From Octopus sinensis (Eukaryota), in contig NC_043006.1 of assembly GCF_006345805.1 (NCBI RefSeq), positions 88,970,001-89,034,000 on the forward strand: a stretch of DNA of 64,000 bases, given 5' to 3'. Under the pieces are notes generated by a model. That model did not search any database. It worked only from the letters and a program-made list of their open reading frames with translations, and was not told where the DNA came from. Each line of letters starts with the position of its first letter. Position 1 is the first letter of the stretch. Below, piece after piece: positions 52,147 through 64,000 of this stretch. The position numbers were made by a program, and so were the translations under genes.

Positions 52147-52989
52147 TTGTGTGTATATACATACATATAATATATAAATATATATTTATACATATATATA
52201 CATATATATGTATACATGTGTGTGCGTGTGAGTGTATGGTGTGGTGTGTGTGTATATATATATATGTGTGTGTATACGTGTGTGTGTGGACAAAAGATAG
52301 CTGAAATGCTCAATAACATAAAAAGAATTATTATAATCATTTTAAACAAAATAAGGAGACAAAAACAAGTGTTATATTTCATGTAAATATTTCATTTAGA
52401 TATATTAGCTCTTCTTAACTCACATGTAACCGGTTTCATCCATTCAGAGGTGGGTTCATCATCTTCTGAAAATATTTATGTTGTTTGGAATATGTATAGC
52501 CGGAACTTTTGTAGCTGGGCGAAAAACTAGGGTTACAAGACAAATGATGAAAGGATACCAGCCTTTAAGCAGTAAAGTAAGAAGTGAGTGTTGAGTTAAA
52601 AAATTTTAACGAAAGATCGCCTTAAAGAGATTTATATGTAGCTTCATTGAGGGAATCAGATAGATTTGTAGATAAGCAAATCAATCTTCTCTCTGATTAG
52701 TTAGATTTTGCTGTCAGCAGGTTGTAAAAATTTAAGGATTCTATGTATATTATTACTAACAATTGAACCGTCTTTATGACATAGAAAGACGTACAGACAC
52801 ACACACTTACTTACCCGCACGCGCACACATACGCACGCACACACACATACACATATACCTATATGTTGTATATATCCAAATAGTATGTGAATGGTGCGTG
52901 TGTGTGTGTCCTTGTGTATCTGGATTTCCCTTCAGTCAAGGAAATTGCTTGTCAATCATTCAGTCATGGTTTATATTTTGTAATTAATA

Positions 52990-54250
52990 GTTTTTCTTTG
53001 TTTATTCGTTATAGTTTCGTGATAGAGACCGAGCATTTGTAAAATGGAAATATTTTAAGAATCGGCAGTTCTATTCCAGCACATGTTGCTAAATGCCCGC
53101 TTAACGGAATTTTCCTGACTCTTTTAATTATTGATTTGTTACTTGTGCACCGTCAATTTTCTGCGAAGCAATAAACCCGTGAGTACGATGTAGTTATGCA
53201 AGCATCCACTGCATGTTATGGCATAAATTATATTTGGAGAGTTGTAAGTGAAAATTTCCTTACTTTGTCCAACCTTAAATTTGAATTCCGAGCCTTCGGT
53301 TAAGTACAGATATGTTTCATAGTTTAGTCTACCACATTTAATATGCAAGGAGTTTGGTATTTGTTCAAAAACCTTTGCTTGTTCAAAATCCTGAAGTTAA
53401 AATGTTCTTCAGTCTTCAGTTACATTTTGCTTTTGATAAAGAGTTGATTTTCTAGGACTTCTTTCGTTTTTGGCTCTTCAAGCAGATAAGGTATATTGTT
53501 TTGTGTGTCGCTAGATATTCCATTGCTTCTTTAGTTAAAAATAAAGAGATAGGCGCAGGAGTGGCTGTGTGATAAGTAGCTTGCTAACCAACAACATCGT
53601 TCCGGGTTCAGTCCCACAGCGTGGCATCTTGAGCAAGTGTCTTCTGCTATAGCCCCGGGCCGACCAATGCCTTGTGAGTGGAAACTGAAAGAAGCCTGTC
53701 GTATATATGTATATATATATAAGTGTGTGTGTATATGTCTGTGTGTCTGTGTTTGTCCCCCTAGCATTGCTTGACAACCGATGCTGGTGTTTTTACGTCC
53801 CCGTCACTTAGCGGTTCGTCAAAAGAGACCGATAGAATAAGTACTGGGCTTACAAAGAATAAGTCCCGGGGTCGATTTGCTCGACTAAAGGCGGTGCTCC
53901 AGCATGGCCGCAGTCAAATGACTGAAACAAGTAAAAGAGTAAAAGAGTAAAAGAGGTTTTACTTTTTATTTATCTGGGGATCTAAACTTTTTTGCCTTCC
54001 TATTCCATTTAGAATAAGATTGCGTGAAAACGGTTTGGAGATCAGAATTTGTCTTCAGTTTTTCTAATCTTTGGTCATATTTGTAATGTTTGATACAATT
54101 GTGTAATGTTTTTTCTTTTTTTTTTTGCTAAGTTAAAAAGATGAAACCAGTTCTATGTAAGTTAGGAAAAGATCTAATATACCTAAATGAAATATTTAAA
54201 TGAACTGTTACACTTGTTTTTATTTTTTTGTTTGTCTAAAACGATTACAA
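52990..54250 (-). mobile_element. Penelope-like element remnant (GIY-YIG endonuclease), interrupted by a SINE
   Basis: NIIYAITCSGCLHNYIVLTGLLLRRKLTVHK is a PLE-type GIY-YIG with CxxC; extent approximate. Confidence 0.7.
53551..53955 (+). mobile_element. Full-length SINE family B
   Basis: Complete head, body and (GTAAAAGA)n tail. Confidence 0.92.
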
Positions 54251-54334
54251 TAATTCTATTAATGTTATTGTACATTTTCTGCCATCTTTTTTTTTTGTAT
54301 AACACAACCTTTACATAAACATCTAACCACTTTT

Positions 54335-54373
<39 letters not shown>

Positions 54374-54376
<3 letters not shown>

Positions 54377-54480
54377 TCACCACTTGAAGGTGGATGTTGT
54401 GTTAAACCATATAAGAGTTCTCGGTAAATATCGTAGTATTTCTGTATTCTAAAGCAACATCCACATTTAAGTGGTGAATA
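54374..54480. mobile_element. Small MITE with ~26-bp TIRs
   Basis: TATTCACCACTTGAAGGTGGATGTTG / CAACATCCACATTTAAGTGGTGAATA. Confidence 0.75.
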
Positions 54481-54546
54481 TTCTAACTTTTCATATTTTT
54501 GTATGTATGTATATGTATATGCATGTCAGTGTGTGTTAATATATAT

Positions 54547-54622
<76 letters not shown>

Positions 54623-55231
54623 CATACATACATTCATATATATATGTGTGTGTGTATGTATGTATGAATGTATGTATGCATGTATGTATGTATATACGTA
54701 CATACACATTTTTTTAGCTCCACAGTTCACGGCACGCTATACAAGCTCGTCAGACTATTGTATTATCAGAAACATGAAACTTATAATATCTCGCATTTAA
54801 ATCCTGTGTATATTAAATGATATATGTATATACACAGGTGTGTGCGTATCGTTTTCCCATATTTAATCTTGTAATGCCCCTTGATGCATCATTTGTAATT
54901 GATGTTACCTGGGTTCATTAGGTGCTCCGGGTCTTTCAGCATCAGATACTCTCACCAAGATGACCCAACCAAGATTGATCAAAACCTGGGATGTGTCCAG
55001 TAAGCACTACCCCTTCCAGGGCTCGCATTTCTTGATCCACAGTCAGTTTTCGGCAACCTCCGCTGCCTACACAGCCAAATTGAGGCCTTCCGTCTTCTAT
55101 TTCCCATGATGCCAAGCAAGCCCCTGCATCCATCCTAGAGAGGATATCTTTTCTTTTTTACATTTTATTTTTTATTTGTTTCACTGGAAAACAGACAGAC
55201 ACAAAGACACACGCACTCACACGCACATACA

Positions 55232-55612
55232 TAGGCGTGACTATGTGGTAAGAGGCTTGCTTCCCAACCACATAGTTCCGGGTTCAGTCCCACTGCATGG
55301 CACCTTGGGCAAGTGTCTTCTACTATAGCCTCAGGATGACCAAAGATTTGGTAGACGGAAAATGAAAGAAGCCCGTCGTATATGTATATATATATATATA
55401 TACATACATATTTTGGGTATGGTAGATGAGTTCAGCAAAAATTTAGATTCAGATGAATATGGTACTTAAGTTATATATTTTATTCTTTTACTTGTTTCAG
55501 TCATTTGACTGCGGCCATGCTGGAACACCGCCTTTAATCGAGCTACTCGACCCCGGGACTTATTCTTTTGTAAGCCCAGTACTTATTCTATTGGTCTCTC
55601 TTGCCGAACCGC

Positions 55613-55671
<59 letters not shown>

Positions 55672-56036
55672 GCATGTATATACGTGTGTGTATATGACTG
55701 TGTATATATGTCTTTGTGCCTGTGTTTGTCCCCCACAATCACTTGACAAACGGTGTTGGTGTGTTTACGTTCCCGTAACGGAACGGTTCGATAAAGAGAC
55801 CGATTGAGTAAGTACTAGGTTTCAAAAACGTCCTGGGGTTGAATTGGTCAACAAAGACACTTCAAGACAGTGCTCTAGCATGGATGCATTCAAGTGAATG
55901 AAAAAAATAAAAGAATAAATACATATACGACGGGTTTCTTTCAGTTTCTGTCTTAAAAATCCACCCACAAGTCTTTGATCAGCCCAAAGCGCCACGCAAT
56001 GGGATTGAACCCGAAATCATGTGATGGAGAAGCAAG
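55232..56036. mobile_element. Nested SINE family B pieces: head(+), tail(-), tail(+), head(-)
   Basis: 55232-55380(+), 55480-55612(-), 55690-55920(+) and 55925-56036(-). Confidence 0.8.
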
Positions 56037-56072
56037 TTTAAGAGTTACCTATATATTTGTGAGTGTGCGCGC

Positions 56073-56108
<36 letters not shown>

Positions 56109-56299
56109 GCTTGTGTGCTTACATGTATGCGTATATCTAATGTAAAACCGATATTGTGAAACATGGTTCAATAAAAGAGGACGGTAAATAGGAAAAATTT
56201 ATTTGTATTCCTGCATTAGTCCCTTCGTCCCCCCTTTTAGTTCTATTTCAGTGTTTGTTTTAATCATATCTTAAGTCATTGTCCTGTCTTCTAATACTT

Positions 56300-57110
56300 C
56301 TCACATTCTATTCTTACTTTAGCCTATGTTCAAAGGGCTTGAGTTTTTATAAATAATTCATAGAAATTAAAGCTTAAATTTTTTAAAGAAAAGATACATG
56401 TTTAGGGCCATTTATTAAACCTATGCAATTTCTTCTCCCGTCCTATCAAATCTTTTATTTCAAGTGATTGATTTTCTTTTGACTGTTGAAGTACATAATC
56501 ACCTCTTAGAATTATACAGGCTTTCCTGTCTGAAAGAAGTCAATGTTATCTAATAAAGTATGAATATAACAAGAAGTAGTCTACCTTGCTGAATTTTCTT
56601 GGTTTCAATTTAATGGGCGTGTGCATGGATTTCTTTTTCAATGCAATCAATGGCATTTAATATTCACTAAAATCTAAAATTATATTTGGAGGTATTGTCA
56701 CCTCATTTATAATTTATTTTCACCTTTTATTTACCTTAATGAAGTTTCAAATTAGGATAGAAGACACTTCCCTTTGGGCATTATGTTGTTTCATACCGTT
56801 TCCTTGTGTTATCACTCTGCGAAGTCAGAGCATATTCCTGCTAATTTTGTGCAATTGTAACGGCTCTACTCTAGATGCACAAAAGTTATTTATTAAAAAA
56901 AGACTGTCTTCTAACTCAATACGTTTTCTGTGGTTAAATTGTCTTTTTCTTTTCATATAAGAAAAAGAAAATTGTTTAAAGGGCTTGGTTTGTAACATTG
57001 GAGTATGGAAAAAAAAATTGCTTTGAGGTAAGAGCCAGAAAGGGGAATTTTCTCTCAATCTTATTTTTCTCCAAATATTTTTCATATTTGACACTGGTTG
57101 ATATTGTTCC
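56300..57110 (-). mobile_element. Very decayed Penelope-like C-terminal remnant
   Basis: Minus-strand fragments FFPYSNVTN and PKGKCL weakly resemble PLE NPPYS.NV.TN and CPL.GKCL motifs. Confidence 0.35.
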
Positions 57111-57622
57111 CTTCATAGATATAGACCAAATTAAAATATGTAAGGTAGAAAAATAACATCGTTACTTGACATATTGTAGTTTGCCTAAAAGAATTGAGAT
57201 AAGATTGGAGAGCTAGCCTTCCTTCCCCACTCTTCTTTCTTCCCCACTCCCTTAGAATTTAATGTCTAACTTACCAACCGTCTCTCATGTGTAATGCAGC
57301 CGGAAATCTCAACTGCCATCTAATACGTATAAAGCAATAGGAGTGTTAGAATGATATAAGAACTGAGGCGGGGTTATGATTGAATAAAACCCTTTAAAGG
57401 TGATGCCCAAACATGGTTTGAAGTCTATTATTAAAACCAGCTAAAGACTGCAAGAAAGAATTTAGCAGCAGTCTAGTCATTCATCTTCATATGTGCTAAA
57501 GTCACATTACTTAACAGGATTTAGCTATGATCTGTTATCTATTGTAAAGTAAATCTTGGGATTTTAGTGAATTAGATAAACAAATACATAGATTTAACGC
57601 TGGCATACATAAACAATAAACT

Positions 57623-57654
<32 letters not shown>

Positions 57655-57887
57655 GATGTATGTATATATGTGTTTGTATGTATATATGTGTGTGTGTATG
57701 TATATATATATGTATGTATTTATGTATGTACGTATGCATGTGCGTGTGCATACACGCACACACACATATATATATATAGAGAGAGAGAGATTAAATGCAT
57801 ATATATATGTGTGTGTGTATGTGTCTATACACTCACATATATATATTAATATATATGTGTGTATTGTATAAATATATATATTTATTT

Positions 57888-57973
<86 letters not shown>

Positions 57974-57981
<8 letters not shown>

Positions 57982-58222
57982 TTAAACACAGAAAGAGGTG
58001 ACCCTTAACAGGCCGCCTACATGCTAGAAGGAGCAGTCAAAACGTCCAACACCACATTTAAGAGCAATTTCGAAGGGAATAATATATATAGAAAGGGAAT
58101 AATTATATATATATATTATTCCCTTCGAAATTGCTCTTAAATGTGTGCGGACGTTTTGACTGCTCCTTCTAGCATGTAAGGCGGCCTGTTAAGGGTCACC
58201 TCTTTCTGTTGTTTAATGTATA
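57974..58222. repeat. Near-perfect palindrome with ~110-bp arms centred on (TA)n
   Basis: CAGAAAGAGGTGACCCTTAACAGGCCGCC..TTTCGAAGGGAATAAT is mirrored by ATTATTCCCTTCGAAA..GGCGGCCTGTTAAGGGTCACCTCTTTCTG. Confidence 0.9.
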
Positions 58223-58279
58223 CATATATGTGTATATATATATTATATATATCTATATATATATATATATATATATATT

Positions 58280-58481
58280 ACTCTTTTTACTTGTTTCAGT
58301 CATTTGACTGCGGCTATGCTGGAGCACAGCCTTAGTCGAACAAATCGACCCCGGACTTATTCTTTGTAAGCCCAGTACTTATTCTATCGGTCTCTTTTTG
58401 CCGAACCGCTAAGTGACGGGGACGTAAACACACCAGCATCGGTTGTCAAGCAATGCTAGGGGGACAAACACAGACACACAA

Positions 58482-58539
<58 letters not shown>

Positions 58540-58693
58540 GACAGGCTTCTTTCAGTTCCGTCTACCAATCCACTCACAGGCATTGGTCGGCCCGGGGCTA
58601 TAGCAGAAGACACTTCCCAAGCCAACACAGTGGGACTGAACCCGGAACCATGAGGTTGTTAGCAAGCTACTTACCACAAGCCACTCCTGCGCC

Positions 58694-58695
<2 letters not shown>
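58280..58695 (-). mobile_element. Full-length SINE family B
   Basis: Reverse complement closely matches 53551-53955. Confidence 0.9.
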
Positions 58696-58727
<32 letters not shown>

Positions 58728-58729
<2 letters not shown>

Positions 58730-61601
58730 AAGATCCCATATATAGAGAGTTGGCTTGCCGAAATGGCACATTGCTTCCCTTTCTTTATCCTTACCGAGAC
58801 TCACACCTGAACAACACCCATATGGACGCAGAGGTGAAAATAAAAGATTTCACCATTGTTCGTGCGGATCGCACAGACCGAAATAAGGGAGGGACAGCCA
58901 TCTTTATCCATGACTCCTTTTCACTTGATGCCAAGGACACATTTTCCAATGGCTACTGTGAATCGGTATCAGTATACAACAAAGCCAGGACATAACCATT
59001 GTTGGTCTTTACAGGCCTCCCCAGGCACCTCTAAGTACTTTGAAGAGTGCCTTAGCAAGTCAAGTCCTCCTCGGAAGTACCACTCCGGAAACATAATAGT
59101 GATGGGTGATTTTAACCTCCCTCATGTGAACTGGCCCACAATACTACCGAAGTTAGGCAAGTGCTCTACATCAGATAGGGCAGCAGCAGAACTGCTCTTT
59201 AATCTGATGGATGAGTATTTCCTGACTCAGCTAGTGCTTGAACCAACGAGACAGAATAAAACGATCTTGGATCTGGTACTGACCAATCACTCTAGCTACG
59301 TTCACAGCATTTCAGTCGAAAACTCTCCTCTCAGACCACGACATGGTACTCTGCAATCTTAATTCCCGACGTATAAAAACCAAACCAGCCAATCCCACTC
59401 CATGGCACCCATTTGACAACATAAATTTCCACAAAGCGGACTGGGGAACAATCAGAAAGGATCTGTCTTCCATCGACTGGCCTTTTACTCTCAATTCCCC
59501 TCATATTGAGACCGCGTGGCAGCACTTTGAAACCATTGTCACCGACACATGCTCTAAACACGCTCCCAAGAAATCTACTAACACAAACAGAAACCGGCTC
59601 CCTAAAAAGAAAAAAACACTCATCAGGCGCATCAAAAGACTCAACAAAAAAATCAACCAATTAAAATATTCCCACACGCAACATCCACATTCAACAACAA
59701 TGAAAAGACTAGAGCTGGAAAAACTTCATCTGCAGACTAACGTGAAAACCTCCATTGAAAATCAAAGAGCTGTGGAGGAACAATGGGTAATCAAAAACAT
59801 CAAACAGAACCCAAAAGTGTTCGATTCTTATGCAAATAAGCATAGAACCACTGTCTCACCTATTGGGCCATTGATTGATGAAAACGGCATTCCCCAACAC
59901 GATGCTAAAGAAATGGCAGAAATACTGCAGAAACAATATTGCTCTGTCTTCAGTGTTCCCACTGATATTGATGTGAGGGAAACGAACGAAGCTGACTCCC
60001 AACACAAAATCGCAGACATAACCTTCACTGCCACCGACATCGTAGCAGCATAAATGAGGTCAAACATTACTCCGCTGTAGGCCCTGATAGATTTCCCGCC
60101 AGTCTCCTGAAGGAATGTAGATATCAACTTGCAGTCCCTCTGACCAACCTCTGGAGAAACTCGTTAGACACAGGTTATATACCGAAAAAGTTTCTATCCC
60201 AGTCGGTCATCCCGGTTTTCAAACAGGGAAACAGATCCCTCGCAGTCAACTATCGCCCAATCTCACTCACCTCCCACATCATTAAAGTGTTTGAAAGAGT
60301 GTTAAGATCAAGGATAGCTGACTTCCTGGAGACCCACAAACTCCTAAATTCAAATCAACATGGCTTTCGCTGTGGCAGGGACTGTCTAACACAGCTCTTA
60401 CACCACATTGAAGATGTACTCAAAGCCTTGGGAACAGGTTCGAACTCTGACGTCATATACCTTGACTTCAGTAAAGCGTTCGACAGGGTAGACCATAACA
60501 TCCTACTCTCAAAATTGGCAAATGTTGGAATCCGTGGAAAAGTTCTACACTGGATTCAGTATTTCCTAGCGAATAGAACACAACATGTTGTAGTTGATGG
60601 AGTCCACTCAAACCCAGCAAAAGTCACCAGCGGTGTTCCCCGGGGAACTGTTTTGGGTCCGCTACTCTTCATAATTTATGTAAACGACCTTTCCAGTGTC
60701 GTACATCACTGCAAAGTGAAAATATTCGCTGATGACACTAAGCTCCAGCAAATCGTCAATGAAGAAGCAGACCGAACTCAACTCCAGTCTGACCTATATG
60801 CTGTGAGTCAATGGGCAGACAGAAACAAAATGCAACTGAATGAGGGAAAATTTGAGCTGATGCATTTTGGAAGAAATTCCTCACTAAAACAACCATACTC
60901 TCTTCCTTCAGGGGAACCGCTCACAGCCTCTAACAATATCAGAGACCTGGGTGTAATTGTTGATGACGATCTCAGTTGGAGTGCACACATCAACAAGAAG
61001 GTCGATATAGCTCGTAGGATGAGTTCCTGGACCTTAAGAACTTTCCGGTCCAGAGAACAAGGTGTCATCAGACCACTTTGTTCCTCCTTTGTACGGCCAT
61101 ACCTTGAATACTGCTGCCCACTGTGGTCTCCTCACACAAGACAAAACATCTCCAGAATTGAGTCACCCCAGAGGGCTCTCACTAAACAAATTGAAAGCAT
61201 GGCTGCTCTCGACTATTGGGATCGCCTTAAAGCCTTGAAACTTTACTCCCTCCAGCGTCGCCGTGAGCGGTACATCATTTGTACGATGTGGAAAATATAC
61301 CGCCAACTTTGCCCAAACGACCTAAACATTAGCTTCAAGGTTCATCCGAGACTTGACCACGGCTATACGTCCCCTGCCAAATTCAAGATCACAACATACA
61401 TGTACACTGCAACATAATTTCTTTTCCTCAACAGGCCCTGCCCTATTTAACATTGTCCCGAGGGAGATCAAAGAGGAAAAGGATCCCATCAACTTCAAAC
61501 AGAGTCTGGATAGATTCCTTCAAAGAATACCAGACAAGCCACCCATAATTGGATACAACTCACCCAACAAGAACTCACTACTTGAACAAAACTTGACTTA
61601 A
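58728..61601 (+). pseudogene. Endonuclease-reverse transcriptase ORF2, frameshifted
   Basis: Split over ORFs 58726, 58856, 59343, 60287 and 61353. Confidence 0.9.
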
Positions 61602-61695
61602 ACAGGATTCGAATAATCCTATCAGGTGGTGGTGCTATTAAGTTAGACATGGCCTGGACCAATCTCTGGTCGAAACATATCTAAGTTTTATCTAA

Positions 61696-61700
<5 letters not shown>
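58728..61700 (+). mobile_element. CR1-group (CR1/L2/Jockey-like) LINE, 5'-truncated within ORF2
   Basis: APE motifs RADR..GG, MGDFNLP, LDLVLTN and SDH; RT motifs YRPISLTS, QHGFR, YLDFSKAFD, GVPRGTVLGPLLF, FADD and RDLGV; tandem tail ATCTAAGTTTT; (TA)n on both sides. Confidence 0.95.
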
Positions 61701-61746
<46 letters not shown>

Positions 61747-62691
61747 GTATATATATACTTATATCTATATATACTTATATCTATATATATATATATATCA
61801 TATGTATATATATATGTGTGTGTGTGTGTACATATATATATATATATACAACATACATACATATATACTTACACGTATACTTACCTTCATATGTGTGTGC
61901 GTTCGTCTGTCTGCGTTTTGCGATTCTTGTGTGTATGTATATGTGTACATATTTCTTGTATACACGCACCTGTGTACCAATGCATATGAGTACGTTTGTG
62001 CGTGTATGTGTGTGCGTGTGTATGTGTATGTGTATGTGTATGAGCGTGTTTGTATGAGTGTATGTGTGTTTGTGGGTGTGGGTGTGTGTGTGTACGCCCG
62101 CGCGCGTGACAGTATTTATGTGCGCGTGTGTATGGGAGTCTTATTGTTCAAGTAATTCTTTACAGATACCGCAGTAATTTGTTTAGAAGAAAGCCAAAGA
62201 CTATAAACATTATAATATTATTTGTAAATATGATAATACTTAAAGCTGGTTATTATAACAATGAATACACTTTCTTCTATTCTCTTAGATGGCTTTATTT
62301 ATATATAATTTATATTACTTGCTTTTTATTGATTTTAGAAAGGTAAATATTGCAAATTTTCATAATCTCTTGATAACGATAATGCCATAGTTTCTTCTGT
62401 TTCCATTTGTGCAATTATATATTTGTATGTGTGTAAGTATGTTTGTATATGTATGTGTGTGCATAGATATGTGTATATAGTGATGGGGTGAATTCGTTTG
62501 TGTGTTTATGTGCATATGTGATGGAAATGATGGATCTCTTTGTGTATGTGTGTGTTTGCACAGAAGACAGTGAATAATGGCCAGAACAACACAATCCAAC
62601 TTTCTACTGGTTTCTAAAATCATACGTTGCGAAGATTTATAGAAATTCATAGTCAAATGTACGCGCACGCGCGTGTGTGTGTGTGTTTACT

Positions 62692-63012
62692 GAAGGCGCA
62701 TAGCTTAGTGGTTAAGGCATTCGGCTCACCATCGTAAAGTCATGAGTTCAATAACCGGAGGTGCGCTATGTCATTGAACAAATCACTTTATTTCTTGTTG
62801 CTCCAGTCCACTCAGCTGGCAAAAGTGAGTTGTACCTGTAATTCAAAGGGCGATCTTTGTCATATTCTGTGTCACGCGCTATCTCCCTGAGAACGATATT
62901 AAGGGTACTCGAATCTATGGAGCGCTCAACCACTTGCGTGTTAATTTTACGAGCAACCTGTTCAGTTGATCGGATCAACTGGAACCCTCGTCGTCGCAAT
63001 CGACGGAGTACC
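62692..63012 (+). mobile_element. tRNA-derived SINE, family D
   Basis: TAGCTTAGTGG (A box), GAGTTCAA (B box), then body TTGCTCCAGTCCACTCAGCTG. Confidence 0.7.
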
Positions 63013-63031
63013 AATTATGCAGGCGTGCCTA

Positions 63032-63440
63032 TAGGTGCAGGAGTGGCTGTGTGGTAAGAGGCTTGTTTCCCAACCACATGGTTCTGCGTAGCACCTTGGG
63101 CAACTGTCTTCTACTATAGCCTCAGGCCGCCCAAGCCCTGTGAGTGGATTTGGTAAATGGAAACTGAAAGAAGCCCGTCATATATATATACATATATATG
63201 CCTGTGTGTGTGTGCGTTTGCGTGTGTTTTTATGTCTATGTTTGTCCTCCACCACCGCTTGACAAACGGAGTTGGTTTGTTTACGTCCCCATAACGTAGC
63301 GGTGCAGCAAAGAGAGGACGATTGAAAATGTACAAGGCTTCAAAATAATACGTTCCAGGATCGATGTGTTCAACTAGAACACTTCAAGGCGGTACTCCAG
63401 CATGGCCGCAGTAAAACGACGGAAACAAGTAAAATAATAA
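63032..63440 (+). mobile_element. SINE family B
   Basis: Head, body and tail match the family. Confidence 0.85.
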
Positions 63441-63605
63441 ACGAATGTATGTATGTATGTATGTATATAGGAAATTCCTTACATGTCTATATAACATAAT
63501 TCCTATTAGCAAATGAAACACGTGCAGTAGAGAATAAACGATACCAAAATATTTCCTGTTTTGTTATTCATACATGCTTACATACATGTATATATATATA
63601 TATAT

Positions 63606-64000
63606 TCTCTTTTTCCTATTTTACTTGTTTCGGTCATTTGACTGAGGCCATGCTGGAGCACCGCCTTTAGTCGAACATATCGGTCCCAGGACTTTTTTTG
63701 TAAGCCTAGTACTTATTCTATAGGTCGGTCTTCTGCCGAACCACTAAGTTACGGGGACATAAACACACCAACATCGGTTGTAAAGCGATGGTGGGGGCCA
63801 AACAGACACACAAATACATACATACATACATGCATGCATATATACATATACACATATATATGACGGGCTTCTTTCATTTTCCGTCTACCAAATCCACTCA
63901 CATATCACTAGTCGACCAGAAGCTATAGTAAAAGACACTTGCACAAGATGTCACACAGCGGGACTGAACTCGGAACCATATGATTGAGAAGCAAGCTTCT
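63606..64000 (-). mobile_element. SINE family B, runs off the window end
   Basis: Reverse-complement match to the family. Confidence 0.85.

Noticed and set aside
54925-55145. GC-richer island, possible LINE fragment
   Set aside because: No diagnostic motif could be read with confidence.
1613-62155. Many ORFs rich in YI/CV/HT/MYVC repeats
   Set aside because: Translations of (TA)n, (TG)n, (CA)n and (TATG)n microsatellites, not genes.

Overview
AT-rich, repeat-saturated eukaryotic non-coding DNA. The (TA)n/(CA)n/(TACA)n/(AAT)n microsatellites and the tRNA-headed SINE families suggest an octopus (coleoid cephalopod) genome; this is inference, not a search result. No host protein-coding exon can be supported, and nearly all ORF-track entries are microsatellite or low-complexity translations. 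Retroelements: many copies of several SINE families, a 5'-truncated CR1-group LINE (endonuclease plus RT), and R4/Dong-like, RTE-like and Penelope-like remnants. DNA elements: a hAT element with both TIRs and an 8-bp TSD, Tc1/mariner deletion derivatives, MITEs and Helitron/Helentron-type elements. The most interesting signal is a set of minimal type-I hammerhead-ribozyme-like motifs lying in inverted repeats next to (TA)n tracts. The best one (2101-2155) has a compensatory U3:A8 core instead of C3:G8. Several long fold-back palindromes may be Penelope inverted pLTRs or assembly artefacts. Coordinates of degenerate repeats are approximate.
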